Of a DNA stretch of 64,000 nucleotides, positions 36,301 through 47,292 are shown in pieces. The notes beneath the pieces are model-generated. The model was not told the origin of the DNA. It did no database searches and saw nothing but the letters and a program-made list of their open reading frames with translations. Position numbers and translations under genes: made by a program. Source of the stretch: Zygnema circumcarinatum SAG 698-1b (taxonomy: Eukaryota; Plantae; Zygnematophyceae); the NCBI GenBank assembly GCA_037447605.1, contig CM074805.1, positions 1-64,000 on the forward strand. Direction: 5' to 3'. The stretch's first letter is position 1, and each line of letters opens with the position of its first letter.

Positions 36301-39052
36301 GATCAGAATGAAGGGCACTTACAGCAGAGTAGAGGTCAAAGCGATCCGGGGCATGCATGGCCCAGAGGAAAGGGGAGACAAGGCTGCAGACAGGATCTGG
36401 CGGCAGGGCAGAAGTATTGGGAGGCATCACAAACTTCTCCGGAGCAGCGTACAGGGGGTCCATAACAGTCTCCGTGGGCACCTGCTCAGACGCATCAGAC
36501 AGCGCGTGAGAAGCAGCCCCGCCTGCAAGGCCGCGCTCGGGGCAGAGCTGCACAGAAACGAAGGTGAGAGGAAGGCTGCGCACGTAGTTGTGGCCCGAGC
36601 GCAGGTCCACGCACGCGCCAAGGTCTATGAACCGCAGAGCACGCCGCCCCTTGGGCGCTTCCGCCACCACCACGTTGCTCGGCTTCACATCGCGGTGCAC
36701 CACGCCTGCGTGCGCCCACCCCCCCTCCCGCCCCTCTCCGACATCACTCTTGTGCCCCCTCCCCCACCCCCCCCCCCCTTGGTCTGCAGCGCGCTGCCAG
36801 TCAGCCTGAAGCCACACCTGTGTGGTGAATGTCCCTCAGGCTGGCCAGCAGCTGCTGCATGATGAGCCGCACAAGAGCGCCTTCCCGATGCAGCACCTCC
36901 TCGTGACAGGAGCCACCCACATCCTACATGTGGCATCCCCATAGCGATAGGGAGGTTAATGGCGAAGGGCTGACAGGTAGCAAACATGAGTAGCTGTCAT
37001 ATATTCAGCCTGTACCTTTCCGGGGAGCAGAAGCGTCGCTAAATTGGATGGAAACGATTTCTGCCTCATGAAATGGGAAAGGGTGCGTTCTCCTTGATAA
37101 CGCCACACAAGCCACAGACCCTGTGCCAAAATCACACAAACTCCCACTGATTACTTTGTGGGTTGCTATCTACTTTAGCCAGCCGGCCACGCGAAAAACG
37201 TTTCCAGAAATAAGTTGCCGCCTCTAACGCCGACAGAATCACAGCGGCAACGAAAACACAATCCAGTCCTCTCTCCTTCGATAACATCCCCGGCCACCAT
37301 GTCCGGATGAAGGGAGCACCTGATGAAGCTTGCCATGCGCCTCCTCCGCCGCCACCTCCAGAGTGCCAAGGAACTCGGCACAGGCTTCCGGAGCAGCACG
37401 CTGAATCATCCCACTCGAGGAAACCCGTGAAAACGCTGCTGATTCCAAGTCTACTATCAGGATGCTCCCTCGACACGACAATTGAACCGATAAGCTACCG
37501 TATACCACTATACGGCACTGATCGTAAGGACAGCAGAAAGACGCAATGCAAAGAATCAAGCTCGCCATTAGGAACACAGAAGCAGACTCCCAAAATGAAT
37601 TGTTTTGGCAGAAGAAGGACATGAAAGCAGTCTCTACAAAGCAAACGGCAGGACCTGCAGGCGATGGTTCATAAAAAGTTCCACATCTCGCATTTCTGCA
37701 GCTGCCAGCACCCGCGCCTTAACTCGCTTGAGCACCACGTGCTCCTCAGCACCCTCCTCTGAACCTGATTGCCACCACCCAGCCACAGATCAGTTCCAGA
37801 AAAGAGAGTCCTCCCAAGTTGGCCTCCAGTATTAAAGGTCGATCATTTAGTTTCAGAACGGAGTCGTCCAGACAAGATGGCCTCCAACTTTAAAGGCAAT
37901 CCAACAGAGGCGCCATTCTGAAGAGCTACTGCAACTTGTGAATGCCCTCGGCCTGCCAGCTGGGCCTGCAACGCACCAGTCGCAATGAAGCCCTCGTACA
38001 CGATGCCGAAAGAACCCTCCCCGAGCTGGCGTCCGATTCGCACACTTTCTACCGAAAAACGCCTGCGCATTCATCCCTTCCTCTCCGCTCTTCAGTGAGG
38101 CCCGAGCCTATAGGACAAGCAGCTCATGACGCCGCATTGATGCTGTGGCTTTTTCCTTCTGACCTTCGGCAAGGCGCAATGGGAACTAGTCAGCAGCATC
38201 TCCATTGAGGGAAGGGGAGGGGCGAAATTCTCACCGATGGCTGAGAGCCTGCAGAGGCGTCCCCAGGAAGTCCAGCACGCCCCACAAGCCGCCAGGAGGA
38301 GCCACCAGATAGGTCGCCAGCACCAGCGCAGCCGTCACCCAGGCAGCTTCCTGAACACGGCACCATTCCGCACCTAATAAGCAGCTTTGCAGATCCCCTT
38401 AAGGGTAGCGATTTTCACGCGGCTCACCTCCCTTTCCCTCCTTCCTAAGAAACCACACTTCCAAGCAGGATTTCTTCGTAACCACTACTGGTACAGAATT
38501 TCAATAGCCGCTCCGTTGAGGTGCGCTGACCTGGCCTGCCATAATCTCCGCAAGACGCTCCGCACCCGAGAGAGAGCCCTCCGCGAGCTCATGCTGGAAC
38601 TCCCCAATAACAGATTCTGCCCCTTCCAGGAGCCTGCAAACGTCCAATTCGAGAAAGATTGTACATGTTATCTGGAGAATTAAAGCCAGAATTGCTCTGA
38701 GCAGACTGCCGAAGAAGGGAGCGAGCAAAAAGACGCTTAGCCTCTCGATCTTGCGCAATTAAGAAGAGGCGAGTGGGTTGCAATGCAGGGCGCACCGGGG
38801 CAGGCTCTGGCCTGCGTGGTGGGCTGCGGCATGCAGGGTGAGGCCGGCGCGGGGAGAGAGGGCGCCTCTCCGCCCGGAGGGCCGGCGGGCGGGGGCGGCC
38901 GAGCGGCGCGAGGAGGAGGGCGGCGCATCGCGCAGTGGCAGGCGGGGCCCGCCCAGCGCCGCGGCCCGCGCCGCGTCGCCCTCGGGGGAGGCGCAGGCGC
39001 GCGGGCGCTCCAGGGAGAGGGAGGCGGCGACGCGCCACGCGGCGGCGGCCAT
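33364..39052 (-). CDS. STN7/STN8-family thylakoid Ser/Thr kinase (closer to STN8) with ~290-aa C-terminal extension
   Basis: Transit-peptide-like exon 39052-38796, TM EAAWVTAALVLATYLVAPPG, LGEGSFGIVYEG, VVLKRVK, APEACAEFLG, SFPSNL, VHRDVKPSNVVV, IDLGACVDLRSGHNYV, DPLYAAPE, DRFDLYSAG, GWELARAL, RPSAAAALRFRFF. In-frame exons 34778-34189, 33810-33541 and 33429-33364 follow. The 3' end is less certain than the kinase domain. Confidence 0.85.
35303..35588. mobile_element. MITE-like element copy B inside a kinase intron
   Basis: Starts CACGAATCGGACCATTGG and ends GTCCGACCTGCA, with internal AACCATT/AATGGTT units. Flanked by the direct repeat AAGTACTT (35295-35302 and 35589-35596), a candidate 8-bp TSD. 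Confidence 0.7.
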
Positions 39053-39591
39053 GGCGGATCTCGCCGAGGGAGGGCGGGGAGGGACGGAGGGAGGGAGGAA
39101 GGGCGGGAGGGAGGGAGCGTGGGAGCGAGCCGTTGCCACTCCCCCGAGTCCCCTCCGCTCTCCGGCCGCCCGCGATACAGTACTGTACCCGTAAAACCGA
39201 ACAGCTTGAGAAAAAAAAAATTCAAGATATTTTACTGTAGATCGGGGATCAAGAAGGGTCCGATCAACGGCGAATCTGGTTCGAAGGAGCGATTAGGATC
39301 GTGCAGCCACGTGGAATCTTAATCAAAGTCCTGCGCAGCGGAAGCGATTGGGCGCCTTGTGGATCTGCGCTTCCGCGGGGACCACTCGATCTCCGTCCTT
39401 GACCTCCCTCGGCAATCTTCTGAACTACGTCTCCATGTCTCTGTCGCAGATCCGTGCTCAGTTCTGTTCTTCTCACCCACAACTCGCCAGCATCCTTCTC
39501 CTCCCTCCTCGCATAACCTCCCTCTTCATCATCATCTCATGAGGATCACTCGCCCCATGCACTCTCACTTCCAACGTTGCAAGTGCATCCT

Positions 39592-40010
39592 CACGAGGAC
39601 GGGGGCCCACGAGGCATGGGTGGCATGCCTCACCCACGAGGACGGGGGGCCACGAGGCATGGGTGGCATGCCTCACTCACGAGGACGGGGGCCCACGAGG
39701 CATGGGTGGCATGCCTCACTCACGAGGACGGGGGGCCACGAGGCATGGGTGGCATGCCTCACCCACGAGGACGGGGGGCCACGAGGCATGGGTGGCATGC
39801 CTCACTCACGAGGACGGGGGCCCACGAGGCATGGGTGGCATGCCTCACCCACGAGGACGGGGGGCCACGAGGCATGGGTGGCATGCCTCACTCACGAGGA
39901 CGGGGGCCCACGAGGCATGGGTGGCATGCCTCACTCACGAGGACGGGGGGCCACGAGGCATGGGTGGCATGCCTCACTCACGAGGACGGGGGCCCACGAG
40001 GCATGGGTGG
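39592..40010. repeat. 43-bp minisatellite, ~9.7 copies, each with an 8-bp stem-loop
   Basis: Unit CACGAGGACGGGGG(C/G)CCACGAGGCATGGGTGGCATGCCTCAC(C/T); stem GAGGCATG/CATGCCTC with loop GGTGG. Confidence 0.95.
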
Positions 40011-40373
40011 AATGCAACACTCATCGGTCGGGCGAAGCCAGCCATCTGGAGTCACAAAAGGCCGCTCCAAGGCGTGCTTGCTTCATCATGAACAGCCATG
40101 CTCATTTCTTTTTTCGTTTTGTTTACTCTTTTTTCTTTTGCACCAGATCTACAGCACTTTCTGCAGCGGCATTGTGGTGATATATTTATCAGCAGTGAGG
40201 AATAGTGCCATCAATTATTCCATCGTTCGACCTCAAAGGGGCAAGAAAACCGGCAGCGCAGAAGCAGCCTGGTCGTGCACCGAGAAACATCGAGCGGCAT
40301 AGTCCGGAGCAGCGCAAAGCTTGGCTTGCGCTTGCGCCTAGAGCCGCAAGGGCAGTGCAGACGGCTCGGTTCT

Positions 40374-41468
40374 TCATGTGCTTGTGCCACGCGATATTTT
40401 GTCGTAAGCCCAAAATCGTTGACACAAGAGCTTCAAAACTCCAGGAGAATGCTGCATAGCGTTGAGCTTCATATCCCGCGTCATAGCCTGCGAAGTCGGC
40501 ACGTACCAATAAACATCTCAAATCCGAGCACGCGGTCAAAGAAGGGAGCGCTATTTAGAGCCACGCCGCCTCCACATACAAGCTTGAGGCCGAAATCGCA
40601 ACGACAAGCTCGGGAGAGGCTGAAGAGATCTCACCATAACATCATCACCATATTTTTGGATGAGATTTCCAACGTATACTCTCTGCATCTTCGTCAACCG
40701 CTGTAAAGGCTGCAAAGGACCATGCTTTCGCTTCTTTCCCAGAGCAGCTCTGACCTCTGTCCATGCAGCACGAATAAGTACGTAGGTATGCATTAGCCTT
40801 GAGGGCAGTAGCTGCCACATCAGTGATACTGCGACAAGCGAGAATCCTAAAAGTCGCCTGTTTCCCGCACGTGCATCTTACCAACATGTCAGCTTCCTTC
40901 GACTCTGGCATACACCACCGCTTCACAAAAGCTGCGCCAAATAGGCTGTGCATGAGCAGAGATGCTAGCATCTCGGAATAAAGGAAAAGACTGACCTTCT
41001 GGCAAGGTAAGAGCAGACAGTCAGGAATAGGGATGCGAACCGTCAGGCTCGTCGTCGCTGCTGCCGCCGCCCTCCTCCCGACTGGGAAGGACGCAGTCCG
41101 CCGTCCCTTCCGCCGGCTCCGCGCGGGCCTCCGCAGCGCGGCCGTCCGCGTTGCGGCCTCCGCGATGGTTGGGGTCCGCCGCGAGGCCGAGCGCGCGGTA
41201 GTTCGCGCGAAGGGACACCTTCTCGTTCCACTCCGCCCTGCAGCGCCCCGCCCAGCCCCGCCCCGCCCGCCCAGAGCTCAGCTTGAGAGCCGCCCTCCTT
41301 GAGAGAGGCCCGCCACGCGCAGCAGCAGCATCGGCGCCGTGCGCACCCTAAGGCGATGGAGACGCCAGGCAGGACAAGAGGCTGCGGGCGCTGCCGCTTC
41401 TCCGGCCGCCGCTGGCCCACTCGAACAGGGGCCTTTCCGCGCTTCAACCGCCGCCGGCTGCCCCCCAT
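40374..41468 (-). CDS. NOP16: Nucleolar protein 16 (Nop16)-like ribosome biogenesis factor
   Basis: MGGSRRRLKRGKAPVRVG; EWNEKVSLRANYRALGLAADPN; EVRAALGKKRK..LQRLTKMQRVYVGNLIQKYGDD; AMTRDMKLNAMQHSPGVLKLLCQRF. These match the plant Nop16 pattern as recalled. Confidence 0.85.
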
Positions 41469-41496
41469 ACGACTCCCCCCTGGCCTCTCCTCCCCC

Positions 41497-41700
41497 TCCC
41501 CTCCCCTCCCGTCCGCCCCCTTCCCCCCCCGCCGCTCCGCTCTTCTCCCCTCACCTCTCCTCTCCTCCCCTCCCCTCCCGTCCGCTCCCTTCCCTCCCCG
41601 CCGCTCCGCTCTTCGCCCCTCTCCTCTCCTCTCCTCCCCTCCCCTCCCGTCCGCCCCCTTCCCTCCCCGCCGCTCCGCCCTTCTCCACTCTCCTCTCCTT
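41497..41700. repeat. ~69-bp C-rich tandem repeat x3 upstream of the Nop16 ATG
   Basis: The GTCCG anchor recurs at 41511, 41580 and 41649 within near-identical pyrimidine-rich units. Confidence 0.8.
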
Positions 41701-42916
41701 TCCTCTCCTTCCCACAGCCTCCCGCGCCTCCCTGGCTGCTCCTGCTCGCGGGGGGGAGGCGGGATTAGGGCTGACGGAGCGTGTCGCTGGGGTCCGGCCC
41801 GGCCCGGCCCGCCCAGGCAGCCGCCGCCCAGAGCGCCGTACAGTCATCGTCCGTACAGTAAGTGCGGTCGGCACTCGCCCGGTCGGTGCAACCGAAAATA
41901 AAGCGAGCTTGGCTGTTTCCCTTTGTGCGTCGGTCCCTTTGCGACCAGTTAGTTTTTCGTGGTTCCCCGTGATGGTGTTGTTGTCAATGCACAGTTGATG
42001 GCATCATCGCCATGGTGAGTTCGATGCCACATCACCGCAAAATAAAGGGGAAAATAGCATTGATCTCACGATCGCAAGGCCGTCAAACGTACATAGATAA
42101 AATCAACATGGGAAACCAAAGGAATCGGTCACAGAGGACCTAAGGACAAAGAGAAAAGCCTATAAACGGAAATCTACTTCTATGCTCAACAACGAAAAAA
42201 TGAAAAACGTAATAAACACACAATGGTCTTTTCTTTAGAAAAAGAAATATTGAGTATTCTCAGCGATGTAATGTGTAGGGATTGCAGCGATCTAGGGTTC
42301 ACAGAGGAATTGGCATTTCTGCGATATTTGGTTTACAGACGTTCAGGGTTTTTGACGATTGAGCATTTCAGAGAAATAAGGTTATGTGGGTTCATGGCTT
42401 TTCAAAAGGTTCAGGGTTTGCAGAGGTAGAGGGTTTGCTCCCCTTTGCATCCATCCATTGCCACATTCTGCAAATCACCGAACTTTTTGTTCTCATCTCT
42501 TTGCACAACCTGAAAGATGGAGGAGCTCCAGCTACAGAGGAAGCGACGGTTGTAACATCTTCAAACTTACGAAATGCTGATAAAAGAACACAATCTGGCA
42601 AGGCAGAGGCGGAAGGAACCGCGTGCGAAGTACCGCAGAGGGGCTGAGAGGAGCCCCCCGCAGGCGGCCCTGTCGACGCGGCATCCGCCAAGGGATGTGC
42701 GTCCTCCTGGTCGCAGATACCATGGCAGAGCTCGAAGAAAGATAGCCTCCTCCGAAGCGTCGAAAAGTTGATCGTACTTACAGATTCTAACAAACTTATC
42801 CACCTTAGATCCTAACAAAACCTATCCACTTTTCACAAAGCCACACTTTTTTCAAACCTGGAGATGTACAAATTGCTCCTTTTACTCTGTTTCCTATCAA
42901 TCGCCAGCTCCCACTT

Positions 42917-45900
42917 TTAAGGAGTCGGTGCTTTCCCTGGCTGCATGGCGTCCGTTGGCAGCGCTGCCTCCCTCAGCGGGTTGATCTTCCGCTTCACTCT
43001 TTCCTCCTCCGTCGAAGAGCTGCTCCTTGAACCTGCGAAGCGATAGGCCCACCAAACATCACATGTCAGCGGTCCATTCCCATTTCGTCAACGGACACAG
43101 CGCGCCCCTCACGCCCTGCAAGCCCGACTCGTCCCCCTGCCTGCCTGACCCGACAGCGAGCCCACAAGTACAAGTACAAGTACACGCGATGGCATCGAGA
43201 GGCACCTCGCGGCGAGTTCGGCCTCTCTGGCAGTGGCCTCGGCCTCCTTCGCAGCGAGCTTCTCGTTGTACCTGGCTGACACCTCCGCCAGCATCATATC
43301 CCGACCTGCAAGGGCCGCCTCTGCCTGCTTCTTGAAGAGTTCCATCTTTGCCTCTTGCTCCGAAAGGCGGCGACGCAGCATCTCCGTCTGCCATGCCACC
43401 ACCAAAACAGGCAGGTAAGCGACCAAATTGCTCGCCGTGCAGCCTACAGGATGCGCAGTAACTTGACAGCTGTCTCCAGCTAGAAGTGCCTCCAAAACAG
43501 GCAGCTTTATGACTCCCTCCCGTTTTTGCACCTGGACTATGCTCCTGTTACATCTCAGCTGAGCAGATTCTACAATGAGAGGGAGGTGCCAAAACAGTGC
43601 TCGCCAAACTTGCTTCAGATTGCGGCAATGTCTTCTCGAGAATGCTTTCTTGGAGTATGCTGCCTGCTTCTGACGCGCAGTTGGTTTGAGCTCTGACGCA
43701 CCTCTTGGAAAGTGGCCGCAGTGAGTTTGACGGTCCCCCCCCTCGTCTGCCGCGCCTCGAGGATGCCCGGCGCCTCCGCGAGCAGGCGGCTGAGCTCCGC
43801 GAGCTTGCTCTGCCGCCGCAGCGCGTCGCGCGCGAGCTCCTCCTGCACCTCCGCCAGCGCCTCCACTACCATCTGGGGATCCACCCCGCCGCCTCCCTGA
43901 GGGGACCCCTCTGCAGGCACTGCCACCTCCTCAGCTTCCCTGTCCATTGCCGTTGTTCTTAACTGTTCAATCTCCTCCCTCATACGCTCCACTTCCTCTT
44001 GTTTCTCCCCTAAAGCCAGCATTTTTTCACCCACTTCTTCCTCGGCTGCTGCCAGCATGGCTGACTCCTTCACAAGAGACAAGCGCGCCACTTTCAAATC
44101 CACCTCCGCTTGTTGCAACTGCTGAGCTACTTCAGTCCGTGCAGCCTCGGCCCTACCCAGACTACTCTTAGCGATCTCCATGTCACCTTCCAGCTTTTTA
44201 CACCTGCACCAGCATGGTGTGCTTTCAGTCCTGACACTCTCCTCAAGGATGTCAATGAGTGGATACGTGCACGAGGATCCCTTTGGTGTTTTTCAAAATG
44301 AATTGTTCTGATCTAGGCAGAACAAACCCAGCATCTTTCAGCTGCTCATCGCACGCCCAGGCGTCCGCACAGAGAGATAAGCATATATGGTGACAGTTTT
44401 TACGTGCACCACGACGTATGAACCTATTGAAACTTCTTAGACGAAAGCCTCGCCTCCTTAAATCCGTTACGCACTCTAGACGCTGAAAGCAATTAAACAA
44501 AGAAACCCCTGCAATAGGGCAGCCTCTGCAGGTGCATTGCAAATGGGTTTTGCCAGGTGCTTGGTCCAAGTGCTTTCGCCAATCATGCTCAACAGCGTCA
44601 TCTTTCCGCCACAGGGTCAAACCTTGGAGGCCAAATCACTTGCAGAAAACGCAAACGGCTGCACAAATATTATCCTTATCCCTAATTTAAGACAGTTTGC
44701 TGCAAAATGAATGCCGCACAGCACCTTTGCAGCGGCTGTAAATGGTACAACCCTCGTTTATGCAAATGCACTGCAGAAATATTATTTTCAATATTCTATG
44801 TATATATGAAGCATGACTGCGTAGAGCATGCTACCCGTCAGTGCCTCCCTAGAACCTACGACGCTACAAAGCGTCATAACACACAATTTCTATTCCGGTG
44901 CTGTCAGGATCTTTCCGTAAATTCAAGGGAAGGCGTTCTTGTCTGCATGACCATTATCCGTGAAAAACCCTTAGGGTTCGGAGCTATAGGGCTTAACCCT
45001 ATAGCTCCGAGCAGCTTTGCCCCTCGCGAACAAAAATCCAGAATTTTCTGCCGATAGAAACTGTCCGTCTCTTCACCACCAGAGCGCGTGATAGAGACAA
45101 AACAGTGTAGATGCAAAACAGGAAAGGGATTACTTTGAGGCCAGTCGTTCACAATCAGCCAGAGCTTGACGAAGACCCGCTGTAAGAGACTCCCGCTCTT
45201 CTTCTGCCTCCTTCAGGCGGCCTTCAAGCTCAGTCAGCTGGGCATGGCGCTCAGCCAAAGCAGCTTGCAAGTCCCGGCACTGCTGCATCTCATCCTGCAG
45301 ATATCTTTCCAGGGCAGCTTTCTCAACCTCCCGCCCTGCCAACTGTTCTGCCAGAGCCTGCTGTTCGACATCCTGGACAGTCATCGGACGAGCATATGCA
45401 GTCAGTTGACATTTTCCTCATTCACATTTTCCTCATTCACATTTTCCTCTTCGCCTAATCCATTAAGCCTTGCGGTGCTGCTATTTTTACAACTATTGTC
45501 CAAAACTACTCAGGGGCTCATTAGAATTTGCGGATGAGAAAACTCTGCAAAACGCATGCTATATAACTGGCGCTGATTCACCGCATGAATTTTTTACCTT
45601 TTGGCTCACAAGATTCTCAAAGTATGCACTAAGCTCCGCATTTTGCTCCCTGAGCACCCCCATGTCTTCCTCTCGTCGTTTGTCTCCTACTAAAAGATGC
45701 TCAGCAACCTCTTTCGCTACAGCCAATTGAAGGCGGAGGGCCTCGATTTCTGCCTGTCCGCCGCCCACCCGAAACACACCATCATTTATAAATCAAAAGG
45801 CTGCTAGCTCTTGTTTTCTTGACTCGTTTGTGCTCATCGTCGGGCCAATTCAGCGCAGCTTTAGCATCAATCCGGCTTTCCGGGCGGTACCTAGAAACGA

Positions 45901-46979
45901 GGAAAGATGCACAAACCTCAAGCGCTTTCCTCTGGTCAGCTTGCTCTTGGAGCACACGACTCTCTACCTCCGACGTGGCTGTTAGAGCTGCAACTTGTGG
46001 GACCTGCAGCTCGTCAGCCTCTGCCACTTTTGTCTTCGCGACAGCAGGTAGGCCTTGCTCCAGCTGCTCTTCCACAGTGCTCTGAACGCTGGAGACATCC
46101 GTTCGCACTTCTTCCACTGAAGCGGCGCTGCTGCCGGCAGGCGCCGCAGATTCCTGCGCGTCTGACAAGACCGGCGCGTCGGGAAGAGCCCCCTTGGTGC
46201 TGCTATCGGCAGGGGCCTGTGCAGCTACCGGCAGAGGCGAGGAAGTGGGCAATTCCAGCGGGACCAAGGGGGACCCCTCCTGGTCCGGAATAACAATGTC
46301 TTTCTCTGGAACTCGAACAGTCACAATGACCTTCCTTCCAAAGTCTGCCGGAATTCCCTCCGCCTCCTCCCCGTCCCCAGCTTCCTTTGCTTTGCTCTGC
46401 CGCAACCTTAGCAGCGTGAAAACACCAGCGACTACCATAGTGACGACAAAAGCCAACACCAACGACGCTCTCCCTAAAGAAATACCGCCATCGTCTCCTC
46501 TCAATCGCGCGAGCATTGCTTGAACACCTCCGGAGGGAGCATCCTCTTGCCAGCTCTCCTCCTCCTCGTCGTCCCACTCCTCCTCTTCGTCGTCCTCTTC
46601 TTCCTCATCCTCTTCCTCCGCTTCTGCCTCCTCTTCCTCAACCTGTTGCTGCGGTTGCTGCTCAGCAGCAGTGTCCTGGCCCTGCTGTGACCCGCATCAA
46701 ACATTCAAGTCAGAGGAGCACCCAAATGCGCGGGAGGGCTTCAATGATCCACGGCCAGAAAAAATCGCACACCTGTTTGCGTTTGCGATTCCAGAAGGCG
46801 TGCACCCTCACGAGCGGCGTCCTGCGCCCCTCCCTCCGAACCCGCAGGACGCCGGCTCCACCCCAATGCACGGCAGGGACCCTCGCGGGAGCGCTCCAGA
46901 CGGTGGCGGAGGAGGCCATGGCGGCGCAGACGCACGGCGAGGAGGCCATGCAGCCGCGCGGCAGCACGCTCGCCGCCAT
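42917..46979 (-). CDS. Unknown protein: transit-peptide-like N-terminus, acidic tract, one TM helix, long coiled coil
   Basis: Exon 1 MAASVLPRGCMASS..VRVHAFWNRKRKQ|GT; Glu/Asp tract; ASLVLAFVVTMVVAGVFTLLRLRQ; several heptad-rich exons (EIEALRLQLAVAKE; EQQALAEQLAGREVE; EVERMREEIEQLR; EMLRRRLSEQEAKMELF). The last exon and stop are tentative. Confidence 0.75.
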
Positions 46980-47292
46980 GGCCTGCTGCCGAGCGGAGGG
47001 AGGGCGCTAGAGTGCGCGGACGGGACTGGGACTCCGCCAGCGCCCACGCCCGCCCCCGCCCCCACCCCCGCCCGCCCCCGCCCGCCCCCTTCCGCCGTAC
47101 GTCGTACTTCGTACGACACTGTACAGTACTGTACGTTAATTTCGTACAGTCATGTACCGTACTGTACCTTCGATGGCAACTTGGCAAGGCGCCGCCGAGG
47201 GAGTCGGCGGGCGAGAGCGAGGGCAAGGGCTAGGGAGAGGAGGAGAGCGAGGGAAAGGGAGAGGGAGAGGGCGAGGGCGCGGGAGGGAGGCC
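46980..47292. promoter_or_regulatory. Divergent promoter (coiled-coil gene/DOHH) with central GTAC cluster
   Basis: 313 bp between the ATGs; 10 GTAC at 47097-47167. Confidence 0.7.

Noticed and set aside
39236-40019. Possible solo LTR (TGTAG...CAACA) enclosing the minisatellite
   Set aside because: The 5-bp flanks (TTTAC vs CTCAT) do not match as a TSD, and there is no PBS or PPT.
39359-40302. Long repetitive ORFs, and a CRISPR-like appearance of the 43-bp hairpin repeats
   Set aside because: The units are directly adjacent with no unique spacers, there are no cas genes and the context is eukaryotic. The ORFs are by-products of the tandem array.
42392-42818. 133-aa and 83-aa minus-strand ORFs downstream of the coiled-coil gene
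   Set aside because: No recognisable motif; more likely 3' UTR. An alternative last exon cannot be excluded without RNA data.
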